Source: Candidatus Saccharimonadota bacterium
GTDB taxonomy: Bacteria > Patescibacteriota > Saccharimonadia > Saccharimonadales > UBA4665
Direction of reading: 5' to 3'
Length of the DNA stretch: 32,000 bases
NCBI GenBank assembly: GCA_016700375.1
Contig: CP065016.1
Location: forward strand, 570,001 to 602,000
The notes beneath the pieces were generated by a model. That model was not told where the DNA came from. It was given only the letters and a program-made list of their open reading frames with translations, and searched no databases. Of the stretch, positions 1-9,500 are shown piece by piece. The translations under genes and the position numbers were made by a program. Positions within the stretch are counted from its first letter, which is position 1; each line of letters opens with the position of its first letter.

Positions 1-3000
1 GCCGTGATTATACTCCTGCCCCCATGTGGTCATATCGACCACGCAATCGGCCGTCACGCCATCTATGTCTGTCATACTCCGGTAGCGGAGGTACCAACGT
101 GCGCCAGTCGAGTTATCGACACCATTCAAAAGCCAGCTGTTTGGAAATACATCTGTGTCGGTATCTATCATGCGCGAATACTTTGCAACTTGCGGCTGTG
201 ATTTTATGGACGAATAGAAATGCCTGCCACTGCTGAGCGGTGCCGTACAGCCACCACCCATAACAACTATTTTGCCGCCCACATAGGAAACCGCCGCACC
301 GTATCTGTCGCCGCTGTAGCGTTTATTTGTTTCATACCAGTCGCCAATGCCAGTTGGGTTATTGCCGCTCGCCACCGTTGTGTTGGCGCTGATGGGTGTC
401 ACGAGCGTATTTGGCGCACAGGTACTGGCGGCCGAGCGGCCAGCTACCAAATAGAGATAGCCATTGGCGGCAAAGCCCTCAGCTTCACTGATTGGCCCCG
501 GAAGGCTTGTCGTAAACGTCCATGCGTCGACCGTTCCGTCGCTGTTAATCTGGGTAAACTGTGCATCATTAAAATACTGGGTACCATTGTTGCCGCCAAA
601 AGTGTACAAATTATTGGCATACGCTACCACTGTGTTACCACGCCGAGCAACATCTGGCACGTCTGTGTCTTGCGCCCAGCTATCGGCCGCAATATTGCCG
701 CCGCTACTCAGCTGCGGGCTTATGTAGACCGTGTTGGTGTTCGCAGCGCTACCATCTAAGCCTCCGACAACATATATGCGGTTGTTCCATACCGCCGCGC
801 CGAATCGAGTCCTGGCTTGTGCAGCTTGTGCAGCTGTATCACCTATACCTCCTGAAGCGGTTGACCAAGCTGTGGCAATGTCTCCCGAGGAAAAACTATT
901 TGCATAGAACACAGTCGATTGCTCGTTAGTGGCTGTGTCGTCTTGACCACCAAGATAGTACAGGTTTCCACCGGCAACCTCCAGTTGCCCCCAAGTTCTA
1001 TCAAACGGCAGACCATTTGTGGCCGATGCCCATGTACCAATTGTTCCATTCGATGTATCGATTGGCGCGTACTGCACGTTACTGGTTGCATTTGTACAGT
1101 CCGTCGCACTAATACAACCGCCCGCCACATATATATAGCCATTCAACACAGCCGAGCTTGCACCCCACCGATCGGTATCGGCCGCAAACGTGTCATCTGA
1201 CAGCGCCGTGTAATCTACCGGCGCACCACTATCGTTATTGTAAAGCTGGAATGTCTGAATCTCTGGCTGCATACTCGTGCAGCCAGCCGGTGCCGCCCCT
1301 GCCGCACAACCGCCAATAGCATAGACATAGCCATTACCCACAATAGCACGCAAATCCCAGCGAGGTGTCACTACCACACCAGAGCTATCAAACGTGCCCA
1401 TATCTCCTGTTGTCACGTCTATTTTTGCAAACAAAAGGTCTTGAAGCGAGGCAGTGCCGCTATACCCAGCAAGCGAATATATGTACCCGTTGTACCCAAA
1501 AGCCACGGCGCGTCGGCGCACAGGATCCATGAGCCCTGTCGTAAATTTCCAACTGCCTGTTGATAGACCCGTTGTATTATCGACAATGTTATTGCTATCA
1601 TCAATTTTTGCGTATATGGTGTCGCGACGGTTTGCGGCAAAGTTGGGGCCACATGGATAGTTATCGTCACCGGTTCCCCCAGCATTAATAACCGAGCACG
1701 AGCCACCAACAAGGTAAATTCGATTTGCATATATTGTACCAGCCATTAGGCCAAGCCCCTGAGAACCAGTGTTGAGATTATCGGCGTCAATTTGAAGCTG
1801 ACCTGCGGTATCACAGTCAGTCGCATTGGCCTCTTCCAATGCCCCGCTGGTCATAATATTACACTTATATACTTCTGTGAAATACGTGCTACAACCTATG
1901 CCATCATCACCTGTGCCCCCACCAGCTATATAACATCCGCCCAACACATACAGGTTGCCCGGGTAGGTTGCCGCATTGGCTGGGTTAGACCTGGTAAAAC
2001 TATAGGCGTAGCCCCGAGATGTGCCAAGTGCTAGGTTGGCAAAGGTCTGTGCAGTCCACGCCCCCGACAACGTACCGTTCGCATTCAGTGCAACCCGATA
2101 GACGTTACTACTCCATGTTGTACCACTGGTGCCGCCAATGACGTAAATGGTGTTATTGAACACCGTCGCACTCCCCGCTGATATACCTGTTGTACCATTT
2201 ATTCTATTCGTGCTGTCAACACACCACAGGCTATTTGTTACAAAAGTTCCTCCGCAAGTACCAACGCGCGTCATATTGCCGCTCGAGTCGATAGCTGCAT
2301 ACGAAACATTGCCGCTCGATGCCGCTGTACCGCCCGTTTCGCAAACATCATTGGCCGCAACATTTGTACACCCCCCTATGGCGTAGATGTAGCCGTTGTT
2401 TATGACAACCATGTTGCTCATTTGGCCGCCTTGCTGTGCGCCGTCGCCTGCCCCCGGTAAGTCGCAGTCGGTGTAATTTGGCGTCACACAGTTACCCGTA
2501 TTGGCTGGTTCTGAGTTGCTCACAGTACTGGCATCGCCATCGGGGTTAACGACGCCATACTCAACCGCTTGGTGAACGGCATAACACGTCCCATTCGAGG
2601 TGTTTTGTCGATTGCAGCCCCCAAACCGGTATAACCCGTTTTGCCATGCAACCAAGTTGTAGCCAATTCGTTGGTTACTGAGGTTGAGTATAGGGTTCCA
2701 ATCAGCAAGCGAGCCATCGGCATTAATACTCGCAAGCTGCACATCGCTTGCAATAGTACTGCAGTAACCACTCGTCAGCGCCGAACAACCGCCCGCAAGG
2801 TAAATATAGGCTCCCCATATGGTGGCGTAGCTGCCGCCCATGGTTGCACGAGCCGTCGTGAATGTACTCGTCTGTACCCAGGTATTCATGGTTCCGTCGC
2901 TATTTACCTTGCTGTAGTACACGGTGTTACGCAAAGTGCCGCTACTGTTGCCGCCAATAAGGTAAAAGGCGTCGTTATAAAACAACACTGAGTGGCCATG

Positions 3001-5418
3001 CCGAGCATCGGGAAGAGTCTGCATGCCAGTGGTCGACCATGAGCCAATATCTCCCGTCGCTAGCACGTCTGCCACCCGCACAGTGCTAAGACTAGTGCCA
3101 CTTGTATCTCGGCCGCCAAACAAATAGAGCCTATTATTGGCAACCGCAATTGAGGAATAACTCAATGCGGCCGGCAGCGTATTGGTCGACGCATACCAAT
3201 AGCCGGGGGTGCCTCCGGTAGGATGCCACAGCTGTGGTTCGCCATTGGCTCCAAGCTTAGCGACCCACACAGTAGACTGGCCATTTGCCGCAGTGCCATC
3301 GCTGGTACCACCGATAGCATATAAAAAGCCATTGTACGCATACATAGCCATACCGACTCTGTTTGCGGGCAAATCATACACGCTGTTATTGCACCAGCCG
3401 CTACAGAGGCCAGCGCCAGGGTTTGGACTATCAATAGTCCCGGCCGTTGGGTTAAATTGCGCCCATTCAACGGTGTTTTTATAGGCAGCCGTGACGGTAG
3501 CAGGCCGTATGGCAATCGATGAAGCTCCCCACGTATCATTCAGAATTCCATCCGACACAAACGTCGCCGCCGGTGCGCTCACAGTCGCCAAAGGGGGCAC
3601 GTCAAGCGCGGCAACCGCAAGACCAACGCTAGTTGTATCTGCCGAGCTATAGCCCGAATACACCCGAGTATGCCCGCTCGGCAGCCACGTTGCTTCAGTT
3701 GGATTATCGGCGTTTATGGCAACTGAACGAATAATGAGCGTCGCATCGTGCGACGGGGTAACCGCTGGATACGATGGGACAGTCGCCGAGCCGCTACTAC
3801 CCGTTGCAATCGAACCACTTACCGGTGAACCGGAATTGAAATTTTTTATTCGAAGTACCACGGCCGACCACTCAACTCCCGCGCCAATTGTCCAGTTATA
3901 GCTGCTCGCTTCGTTACCGCCGCCCTGGTCGGTACCAATCTTCCAACATACCTGGTGTTCACGCGCGCTACTACATGTCCAGCCCGCCGGTGATGTAATT
4001 GTTCCAGTACCTACCCTACCGATACTTGCAACATACAAATCCCCCGCCGGGCGTACGGTTGGCATATTGACGGTAAATGTTGTGGCGTTCGTAGCCTGCA
4101 CCGTACTCTGCTGGCTCACTATATAGGGCATGGTGGGATCCACTCTGCCCCCAGCCCTGTATATATAGCCGCCCGCGGTTGCCATAGCCTGGTCCCAGAC
4201 ACCACTGCTCATCTCTGTTGTGTCAGACCAGTAATCTATGCGCGCTCCAGTGGTTTGACTCTTCTGGATAAGCTCGTTGTCGACATCGAAGTCAATATTA
4301 GTTTCGTTGTTGCCCTTCATAAGTTTACGCGCTGTTTCTATGTATACAGTCGGGTCAATGGTAAGCGGATAGCTGGCCTGCTTGAGGTTACTTGCATACA
4401 CGGTCAGCTGGTTGCTTTTCAGGCTATACCATGCGCGTGCTTGACTCTGTTTTTTACCGTATTCACGAATAAAGGGTGCAGGAAACCGAAATAGCAGCGT
4501 ATTTTTTTCACCATTACGTCGGGCCGCCTCAAGCGTGGCCGTATCAGCATCGTTACCGGTGGCAACTTTACCAAGCAACGTCGGCGACACTCCGTATATC
4601 CCCAAGCTACCATCACCCTCAAGTCGTGCCTCAGTTCCATTGGTCAATCCCAGGTTATAAACGAATTTCATTTCGTTTGTACTGGGCGTATGCAACACAA
4701 TATCTTCCTTAATACTGCTCGCCCGAAGTGAATACACTTTTTGCGCACTTGAGCCTTGCAAAGGATACACCAATCTTCCGCCTTCCTGGCGCGGCTCGCT
4801 CAGTTGAAATGCGGGCTTAAAGGTAGTCGAGACACCATTCACAGCGTCAGTTACGGTCACGCCGTCTTTTGGATTAAGATAAAAAGATGCAGTAAACTTT
4901 GGGCCTCCTACCTGTCCTGCCGTTCCAAGACCTGGCTGAAAACCTTGATTATATTGGTACGCCTGCTGTTTTTGGTCGAGCTTTAAGCGGTCTGCATAGG
5001 ATATTCGTTGCTCCCCGAGTAGTTGCTCTGCTTGGGGCGAGAGCGCATAACTCACTTCTTGTGTACGCAAATGAAGTGTATCAATACCCAGTGTACTCAC
5101 CATAAGCAGTGCCATGAAGCCCCAACCAACACGAGCTAGAAGCGGGTGCCTGCGGCGTTTTGGCCGCAAACGATATAGACGCTTGGCGATAGGTTTTGGC
5201 AAGCGGAGCAAAATGAGCTTCTCGAGCCGGTTATACCCCCGCCACAGTATCCGCCAAAGCGACTGAATGGCGTTTTGAATACGAGCAAAGATGTTTACAA
5301 GAATCTTCCGCGGTGAAAGCTGCAAGTTCAGCGTAACCGTCCGGGCGGCAATATGCGCTGAACCTCCATGTTCAGCAGGCTCTGGCAGTGTCGATGTTTG
5401 GCGATGTCTGTGTTCCAC
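1..5418 (-). CDS. Giant membrane-anchored Kelch-type beta-propeller repeat protein. C-terminus lies beyond the left window edge; absent from the supplied ORF track.
   Basis: Manual translation of the minus-strand frame whose codons begin at coordinates divisible by 3 shows no stop from 5586 down to base 1. The product reads ...LRPKRRRHPLLARVGWGFMALLMVSTLGI, a positive-inside N-terminal TM anchor at ~5170-5080. A ~500-aa region follows, then at least 15 Kelch-like blades with the recurring x-Y-x-x-GG signature: NRLYLFGGRD, DAFYLIGGNS, NGYIYAIGGC, NTIYVIGGTS, GNLYVLGGC, NRIYLVGGS, NGYVYAIGGC, GNLYYLGGQD, NRIYVVGGLD, NNLYTFGGNN, NGYLYLVAGR. There is no in-frame ATG upstream of the TM segment. 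GTG 5418 and TTG 5325 are candidate starts, so the 5' end is uncertain. Confidence 0.8.
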   Translation of the reverse strand, partial: MEHRHRQTSTLPEPAEHGGSAHIAARTVTLNLQLSPRKILVNIFARIQNAIQSLWRILWRGYNRLEKLILLRLPKPIAKRLYRLRPKRRRHPLLARVGWGFMALLMVSTLGIDTLHLRTQEVSYALSPQAEQLLGEQRISYADRLKLDQKQQAYQYNQGFQPGLGTAGQVGGPKFTASFYLNPKDGVTVTDAVNGVSTTFKPAFQLSEPRQEGGRLVYPLQGSSAQKVYSLRASSIKEDIVLHTPSTNEMKFVYNLGLTNGTEARLEGDGSLGIYGVSPTLLGKVATGNDADTATLEAARRNGEKNTLLFRFPAPFIREYGKKQSQARAWYSLKSNQLTVYASNLKQASYPLTIDPTVYIETARKLMKGNNETNIDFDVDNELIQKSQTTGARIDYWSDTTEMSSGVWDQAMATAGGYIYRAGGRVDPTMPYIVSQQSTVQATNATTFTVNMPTVRPAGDLYVASIGRVGTGTITSPAGWTCSSAREHQVCWKIGTDQGGGNEASSYNWTIGAGVEWSAVVLRIKNFNSGSPVSGSIATGSSGSATVPSYPAVTPSHDATLIIRSVAINADNPTEATWLPSGHTRVYSGYSSADTTSVGLAVAALDVPPLATVSAPAATFVSDGILNDTWGASSIAIRPATVTAAYKNTVEWAQFNPTAGTIDSPNPGAGLCSGWCNNSVYDLPANRVGMAMYAYNGFLYAIGGTSDGTAANGQSTVWVAKLGANGEPQLWHPTGGTPGYWYASTNTLPAALSYSSIAVANNRLYLFGGRDTSGTSLSTVRVADVLATGDIGSWSTTGMQTLPDARHGHSVLFYNDAFYLIGGNSSGTLRNTVYYSKVNSDGTMNTWVQTSTFTTARATMGGSYATIWGAYIYLAGGCSALTSGYCSTIASDVQLASINADGSLADWNPILNLSNQRIGYNLVAWQNGLYRFGGCNRQNTSNGTCYAVHQAVEYGVVNPDGDASTVSNSEPANTGNCVTPNYTDCDLPGAGDGAQQGGQMSNMVVINNGYIYAIGGCTNVAANDVCETGGTAASSGNVSYAAIDSSGNMTRVGTCGGTFVTNSLWCVDSTNRINGTTGISAGSATVFNNTIYVIGGTSGTTWSSNVYRVALNANGTLSGAWTAQTFANLALGTSRGYAYSFTRSNPANAATYPGNLYVLGGCYIAGGGTGDDGIGCSTYFTEVYKCNIMTSGALEEANATDCDTAGQLQIDADNLNTGSQGLGLMAGTIYANRIYLVGGSCSVINAGGTGDDNYPCGPNFAANRRDTIYAKIDDSNNIVDNTTGLSTGSWKFTTGLMDPVRRRAVAFGYNGYIYSLAGYSGTASLQDLLFAKIDVTTGDMGTFDSSGVVVTPRWDLRAIVGNGYVYAIGGCAAGAAPAGCTSMQPEIQTFQLYNNDSGAPVDYTALSDDTFAADTDRWGASSAVLNGYIYVAGGCISATDCTNATSNVQYAPIDTSNGTIGTWASATNGLPFDRTWGQLEVAGGNLYYLGGQDDTATNEQSTVFYANSFSSGDIATAWSTASGGIGDTAAQAAQARTRFGAAVWNNRIYVVGGLDGSAANTNTVYISPQLSSGGNIAADSWAQDTDVPDVARRGNTVVAYANNLYTFGGNNGTQYFNDAQFTQINSDGTVDAWTFTTSLPGPISEAEGFAANGYLYLVAGRSAASTCAPNTLVTPISANTTVASGNNPTGIGDWYETNKRYSGDRYGAAVSYVGGKIVVMGGGCTAPLSSGRHFYSSIKSQPQVAKYSRMIDTDTDVFPNSWLLNGVDNSTGARWYLRYRSMTDIDGVTADCVVDMTTWGQEYNHG

Positions 5419-5469
5419 GTCGTATTGTGCGCTCGGTCCGCACCCCGTTCTCTTTACGCTACTGCTTAT

Positions 5470-5498
5470 AGTGTAGCATCTTACCCCCGTTATTCCAA
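5470..5498 (-). promoter_or_regulatory. Candidate sigma70-type promoter for the Kelch-repeat gene
   Basis: The minus strand reads TTGGAA (5498-5493), 17 nt, TACACT (5475-5470). This lies between the vapC stop (5532) and the first possible start (GTG 5418). Sequence match only. Confidence 0.25.
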
Positions 5499-5521
5499 CG
5501 CAAAATCCCAGGTAATTTCCC
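5498..5521. repeat. 24-nt direct repeat, copy A, immediately downstream of vapC
   Basis: Plus strand ACGCAAAATCCCAGGTAATTTCCC matches 6190-6213 (ACACAAAATCCCAGGTAAATACCC) at 21 of 24 positions. Confidence 0.7.
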
Positions 5522-5531
5522 GAGGGGGACC

Positions 5532-5918
5532 CTATGATTGCAGACCTACTGGCTGTATGTGCTTTGGAAGCCTCCTTGAAAGCTCCCTATCATTTGTGAA
5601 AAAACTGTTTGCCTGCAGGCTAATCGCAGTTGCCACGTGTATCGAATCACCTATTGTTAAGCCGTGAGTGCGTTGCAATTCACCAGCCTTCAGCGCAATA
5701 GTTGTGTCCATCGCAACAAATGTCATGTTTGGGATTTCAAGCAACGGAGTCGTAACCGCAGCAGACCCCGCCATAAACTCAGTCAATGTCAGGACAGACG
5801 TGACAAACGCACTCCCCTCCGCGCGTGCGCAATCCAGCATATCTGCCACCCGTATACTGTCTGAGCCATTATCCTCAAGAAGATAAATCAATATATTGGT
5901 ATCGAGATATATGGTCAT
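5532..5918 (-). CDS. vapC: PIN-domain toxin (VapC family)
   Basis: 128-aa ORF with the PIN signature positions: MTIYLDTNILIY (N-terminal Asp), TLTEF, IGDSIHVATA, FFTNDREL. It starts 3 nt after the stop of the upstream antitoxin ORF, the typical vapBC arrangement. Confidence 0.85.
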   Translation of the reverse strand: MTIYLDTNILIYLLEDNGSDSIRVADMLDCARAEGSAFVTSVLTLTEFMAGSAAVTTPLLEIPNMTFVAMDTTIALKAGELQRTHGLTIGDSIHVATAISLQANSFFTNDRELSRRLPKHIQPVGLQS

Positions 5919-5921
5919 AAT

Positions 5922-6146
5922 TCATCGCCAATTATCACGGATTTCGCGGATGCGCACCACCGGATTACCCAATCGTTTTGGCACCGTCCCGATGAGCTGA
6001 CGAAACGACGGCTCTTTTTTCAAAACAACTTGGGTGTCTGTTACGCTGCTAATAACAAGCCTATCCCCGCTCTGTACGGACATCCGAGCCCGGACTGCGC
6101 TTGGGATAACTATCTGATTTTTACTTGAAAGTGTCACTGTTTTCAT
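5922..6146 (-). CDS. vapB: AbrB/SpoVT/MazE-type antitoxin (VapB-like)
   Basis: Reads MKTVTLSSKNQIVIPSAVRARMSVQSGDRLVI..., the swapped-hairpin AbrB-type DNA-binding N-terminus. I place the start at ATG 6146 (Met13 of the track ORF 5922..6182). The 12-aa extension would begin inside the -35 element. Confidence 0.8.
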   Translation of the reverse strand: MKTVTLSSKNQIVIPSAVRARMSVQSGDRLVISSVTDTQVVLKKEPSFRQLIGTVPKRLGNPVVRIREIRDNWR

Positions 6147-6182
6147 ACGCTTTACTATAGCAAGAAGTAAAGCGTATTGCAA
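6145..6182 (-). promoter_or_regulatory. vapBC promoter with overlapping palindromic operator; probably a leaderless mRNA
   Basis: The minus strand reads TTGCAA (6182-6177), 17 nt, TATAGT (6159-6154), with ATG at 6146 only 7 nt after the -10. A perfect 11-bp inverted repeat, TACGCTTTACT (6145-6155) and AGTAAAGCGTA (6165-6175) separated by 9 bp, covers the -10 and the start codon. Confidence 0.55.
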
Positions 6183-6189
6183 TTACTTT

Positions 6190-6222
6190 ACACAAAATCC
6201 CAGGTAAATACCCTGGGATTTT
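6190..6222. repeat. 24-nt direct repeat, copy B, extended here into a perfect hairpin, immediately upstream of vapB
   Basis: The arms AAAATCCCAGG (6194-6204) and CCTGGGATTTT (6212-6222) flank the loop TAAATAC. On the plus strand GCTTCGC and T8 (6231-6238) follow. Confidence 0.7.
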
Positions 6223-6282
6223 GCTTCGCTTTTTTTTGTTTTTACAAACCCATTCATGGCTCATGCGTCTGTTCAGACCTGA

Positions 6283-6405
6283 CTATGCCAGGCTAAACAA
6301 TGGATCACTCTGTATCTGGCGGCGCAAGCGCACCTGCTTCCGCCGCTCATTTTGCGGCAGTCGCTTTAGGACTCTATCGTCTTGCCTCTTTCTTTCCTTT
6401 TTCAT
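6283..6405 (-). CDS. Possible 40-aa highly basic small protein, below the ORF-track size cutoff
   Basis: ATG at 6405 is preceded by AAGGAA 7 nt upstream and an A/C-rich leader. Product: MKKERKRQDDRVLKRLPQNERRKQVRLRRQIQSDPLFSLA. No recognisable family. Could be a chance ORF. Confidence 0.2.
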   Translation of the reverse strand: MKKERKRQDDRVLKRLPQNERRKQVRLRRQIQSDPLFSLA

Positions 6406-6568
6406 ATTACGTTCCTTTGGTATGTGTTTGTTTGATTGTGTATTTGAAGTATTTGTATTTGTATTTGTCTACCTGGAGGCCATGGTGGCTCCCACGCAGT
6501 ACCACAAGGTCCCGCCCGAGTGGTTCGTATTGATTTAGAAGTTGATAAAGTGTGCATTTTCATAATTC

Positions 6569-9500
6569 CTACTTATTGCTGTACCTGAAGGTTAAGTTCT
6601 CCACATACGCACTAGCATTACTCTTTGCCGAAACCGTTATGCGTACGACCATGGTATCGCCAGCGGCAAACGGTGTGGCACCGCCAGTGTGGCACGCGCC
6701 AGTCCCTAAGTCTGTTGTTGGTGTTGTGGAGTTCCAGGTGCTTACCGTACCGCTCATGGTCGCATCGGCGCTACAACTCGTTAACCCGCCCGTACTCGTC
6801 TTTTTAAATATGGCGTATTTCACACTTGCGTTTGAAGTATTATCTACTAGCGAGATGAGTGATGTTGTGCCAGATTCGAATTCCTTAAACGTCGAAGGGA
6901 GCCTGTATGAAACATATATGCTGTACGTTTGGTCGCTTGCTTGCGGAGAGGTCCAGCGGTAGTAGTTGCGCGCCTCACCGCTCGCACAGAAACCAGTATT
7001 TACACTTAAGCCGCCGCCATTACCGCAGAAGTCGGCCGTCATGGTACCAACCCCTGTACCGTTCAATACAGCTCCGGTATATTCTGGCGTGTAGGTAATG
7101 ATATTATCTGGGGCGCTACCGCAAGCACCCCAACCATCGGCTTCGTAGCACTGGATGTTACCAAGGGTGGTGTCGAAGTACATGGAACCAAGGTAGCGAT
7201 CATCACCGTTTGAAACAAGTGGTGCTGTACTGGAACGATCAAGCGTAAAGAGCGTCACCTGACCACCCGTGTTCCCGCCGCCCATCTGAACGCTTGCCGG
7301 ACGAGTGGTGCTATCGTTACGAATAAAGCTGAGGTTATCTACATATATGGTACGGGCTGTTGCATCGGTCTGTCTAATAATAAGTAGTGGCGTTGTCACT
7401 GCCGCGCCAGTGGTAGTAATGGTACAGGTGACCTTTGTCCAGTTATAATTGGTGGAGTTAGACAGTGGCCGAGAAGTTGTGTAGCCCCCACCGTAACCCT
7501 GGCAGAGATTTGTAAGTGTGGTGCCATTATCTGGTGAATATATGACTTCTATAGGCGTTGTGTTTTGGCCCGCAGTACTAGATGCAGCGGTAAATGACAC
7601 CGTGTACGTTGTGCTAGCGACAGGGTTTGCGGTCAGTTGGTTGCGGACACCGTGTAGGTTTGACGCGCCAGTTACTACCTTTACACCAGCTTCGCCAGTT
7701 TGGTATTCACCGCTGGTAACACTGCGTGTCACAGTTGCACCACTCTGAGCTGACCATGTACTGGCTGGAAATGTAGTAGCACTACCACCGGCCGTTTCCG
7801 CGCCACCGTTACTTGCGAGTTCTGTGCCGTAGCTATTGACGCTGAATAGGTTCGTTCCAATGGATGTCTGGATTTCTAATAAGCCACCCGATATAGGAAC
7901 GCCTGAGTTGTTTCGCACAGTAAGACCCCCGGTACCAGCTGGGCTATCTGCGGTGGAGCGGAGCACTATCTCGGCACCGCCAGCGGCAGTCTGGGTGTTA
8001 TTGTATGCGGCTTGAAGGTCGGTCGCGCTCGAAGCACCGGCCGCCGTCCAGTCCACTCCGTTCCAGAACATGGTGGCAGTCGTGTTTGGTTTGAGAGCAA
8101 TTGTGTTGCCCTGGCCGCCACCGTTGACCGAAAGTGTCATATCCTGCGTGCCGCTGTTTGTGACGTACATGACACGTCCAGCCGTTGTAAGAGTTGGGTC
8201 AGCGAGTGTGACTGTGGAGCCAGCATAGGTGTTATTGACGAGTGCGGTACTATTACTGTTTACGGTTGCGGCCGTAATCGAGCAGGTCGCTACCGTACAG
8301 TTTTGTGAAGTACCTGTAAATGCTGTCGGGTTGAGGTTTACAAGCCCCAGTACGCCCGTCCCGCCAGCGTCACCGCCAGACAGCAGCAGCGTACCACCGT
8401 TACCAGTGCCCAGCCCAGCGCTTCCCTTTATGGTCAGCTGACTACCATTTGTATTATTCGTGGTCTGAGCAGCCCCCTGGACCACTGTCGCAGTAGTAGC
8501 AATACCAAGGTTTATTGTGCTGGCAGAAAGATTTATTGCTGCCGTTCCAGCCGCCTTGCCGATGGTCGTTGAGCTGGCATTGTTTGCCCCAATATTTAAT
8601 ACGGTGGCAGTTGCCGTGTCTAGAAGAGGAGTTAGTATAGACGTATCGGCTCGGCCAGTGCCACTTAGCCAGAAATTGCTGCTGGCTTGTTGGGCAGCAT
8701 TTTGGTTCTGGATGAAGTTGCCACAGGCCGTGGTGGAGTTGTTGGTACATATAGTAGCGTTACCGGCTAGAGCTGGGATATCTAAGGTGTAGTTACCTGT
8801 TTGGGCAGCCGACTGTATGGTGACAGTGTTAGCATTGGTGGCGTTAGCTATGACTATCTTACCTGCCACTGGGTTAGTACCGCCGTTGTAGTTACCGAGC
8901 TCTAGTTCACCGTTGGTGGTGTCTATGTTTAGGACACTGATGCCATTGGCGTTTTGGATGTTAAAGGCGGTGGTAGAGTTGGCCTGACGGAAGCGGATGT
9001 CTAGGCCACCTTGGGTCATAGACTGGCCAGCGTAGATAGTACCTGTGCCAGCGTCGTTGATGGTGGCAGTGCCAGCAGTGGTGCTGAAGTTGTTGTCGGC
9101 CAGGTAGTTGGTGTCACTGGTGGAGTTAGCTATGTTTATGGCGTAGCAGGTGGTGGTACAGCTAGTGTCGGTGATGGAGTTACCGGTGATGGTGTTGGAG
9201 TCGGAAGCGTTTATATACATGCCGTTGTTCGCGGTAGCGCCGCCGTTATCATGAATCTTGTTACCAGAGACAGTGTTGTTAGAGGAGGAGGAGGAGAGGT
9301 AGATGCCATAGGTGTTGCCCTGGGCGGTGTTGCCAGAGATGGTGTTGTTGGAGGAGGAGGAGAGGGTGATGCCGTAGGTGTTCCCCTGGGTGGTGTTGCC
9401 GGTGATGGTGTTGTTGGAGGAGGAGTTGAGGCCGATGCCATAGTTGTTCCCCTGGGTGGTGTTGCTGGTGAGGGTGTTGTTGGAGGAGGAGGAGAGGTAG

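Noticed and set aside
1-5300. The idea that the first 5.3 kb are non-coding, a decayed pseudogene or use an alternative genetic code, because the track lists only short ORFs (for example 220..759+, 3162..3539-, 1419..1730-).
   Set aside because: One minus-strand frame is open in the standard code over the whole region and gives a coherent Kelch-repeat protein. The listed short ORFs are in other frames or antisense.
6221-6538. Plus-strand ORFs 6221..6538 and 6300..6533, and a tRNA/tmRNA-like look to GGTGGCTCCCACGC...GGTTCGTATTG (6480-6530).
   Set aside because: The translations are low-complexity nonsense with no Shine-Dalgarno sequence. No cloverleaf, acceptor/T-arm pairing or tag-ORF could be built.
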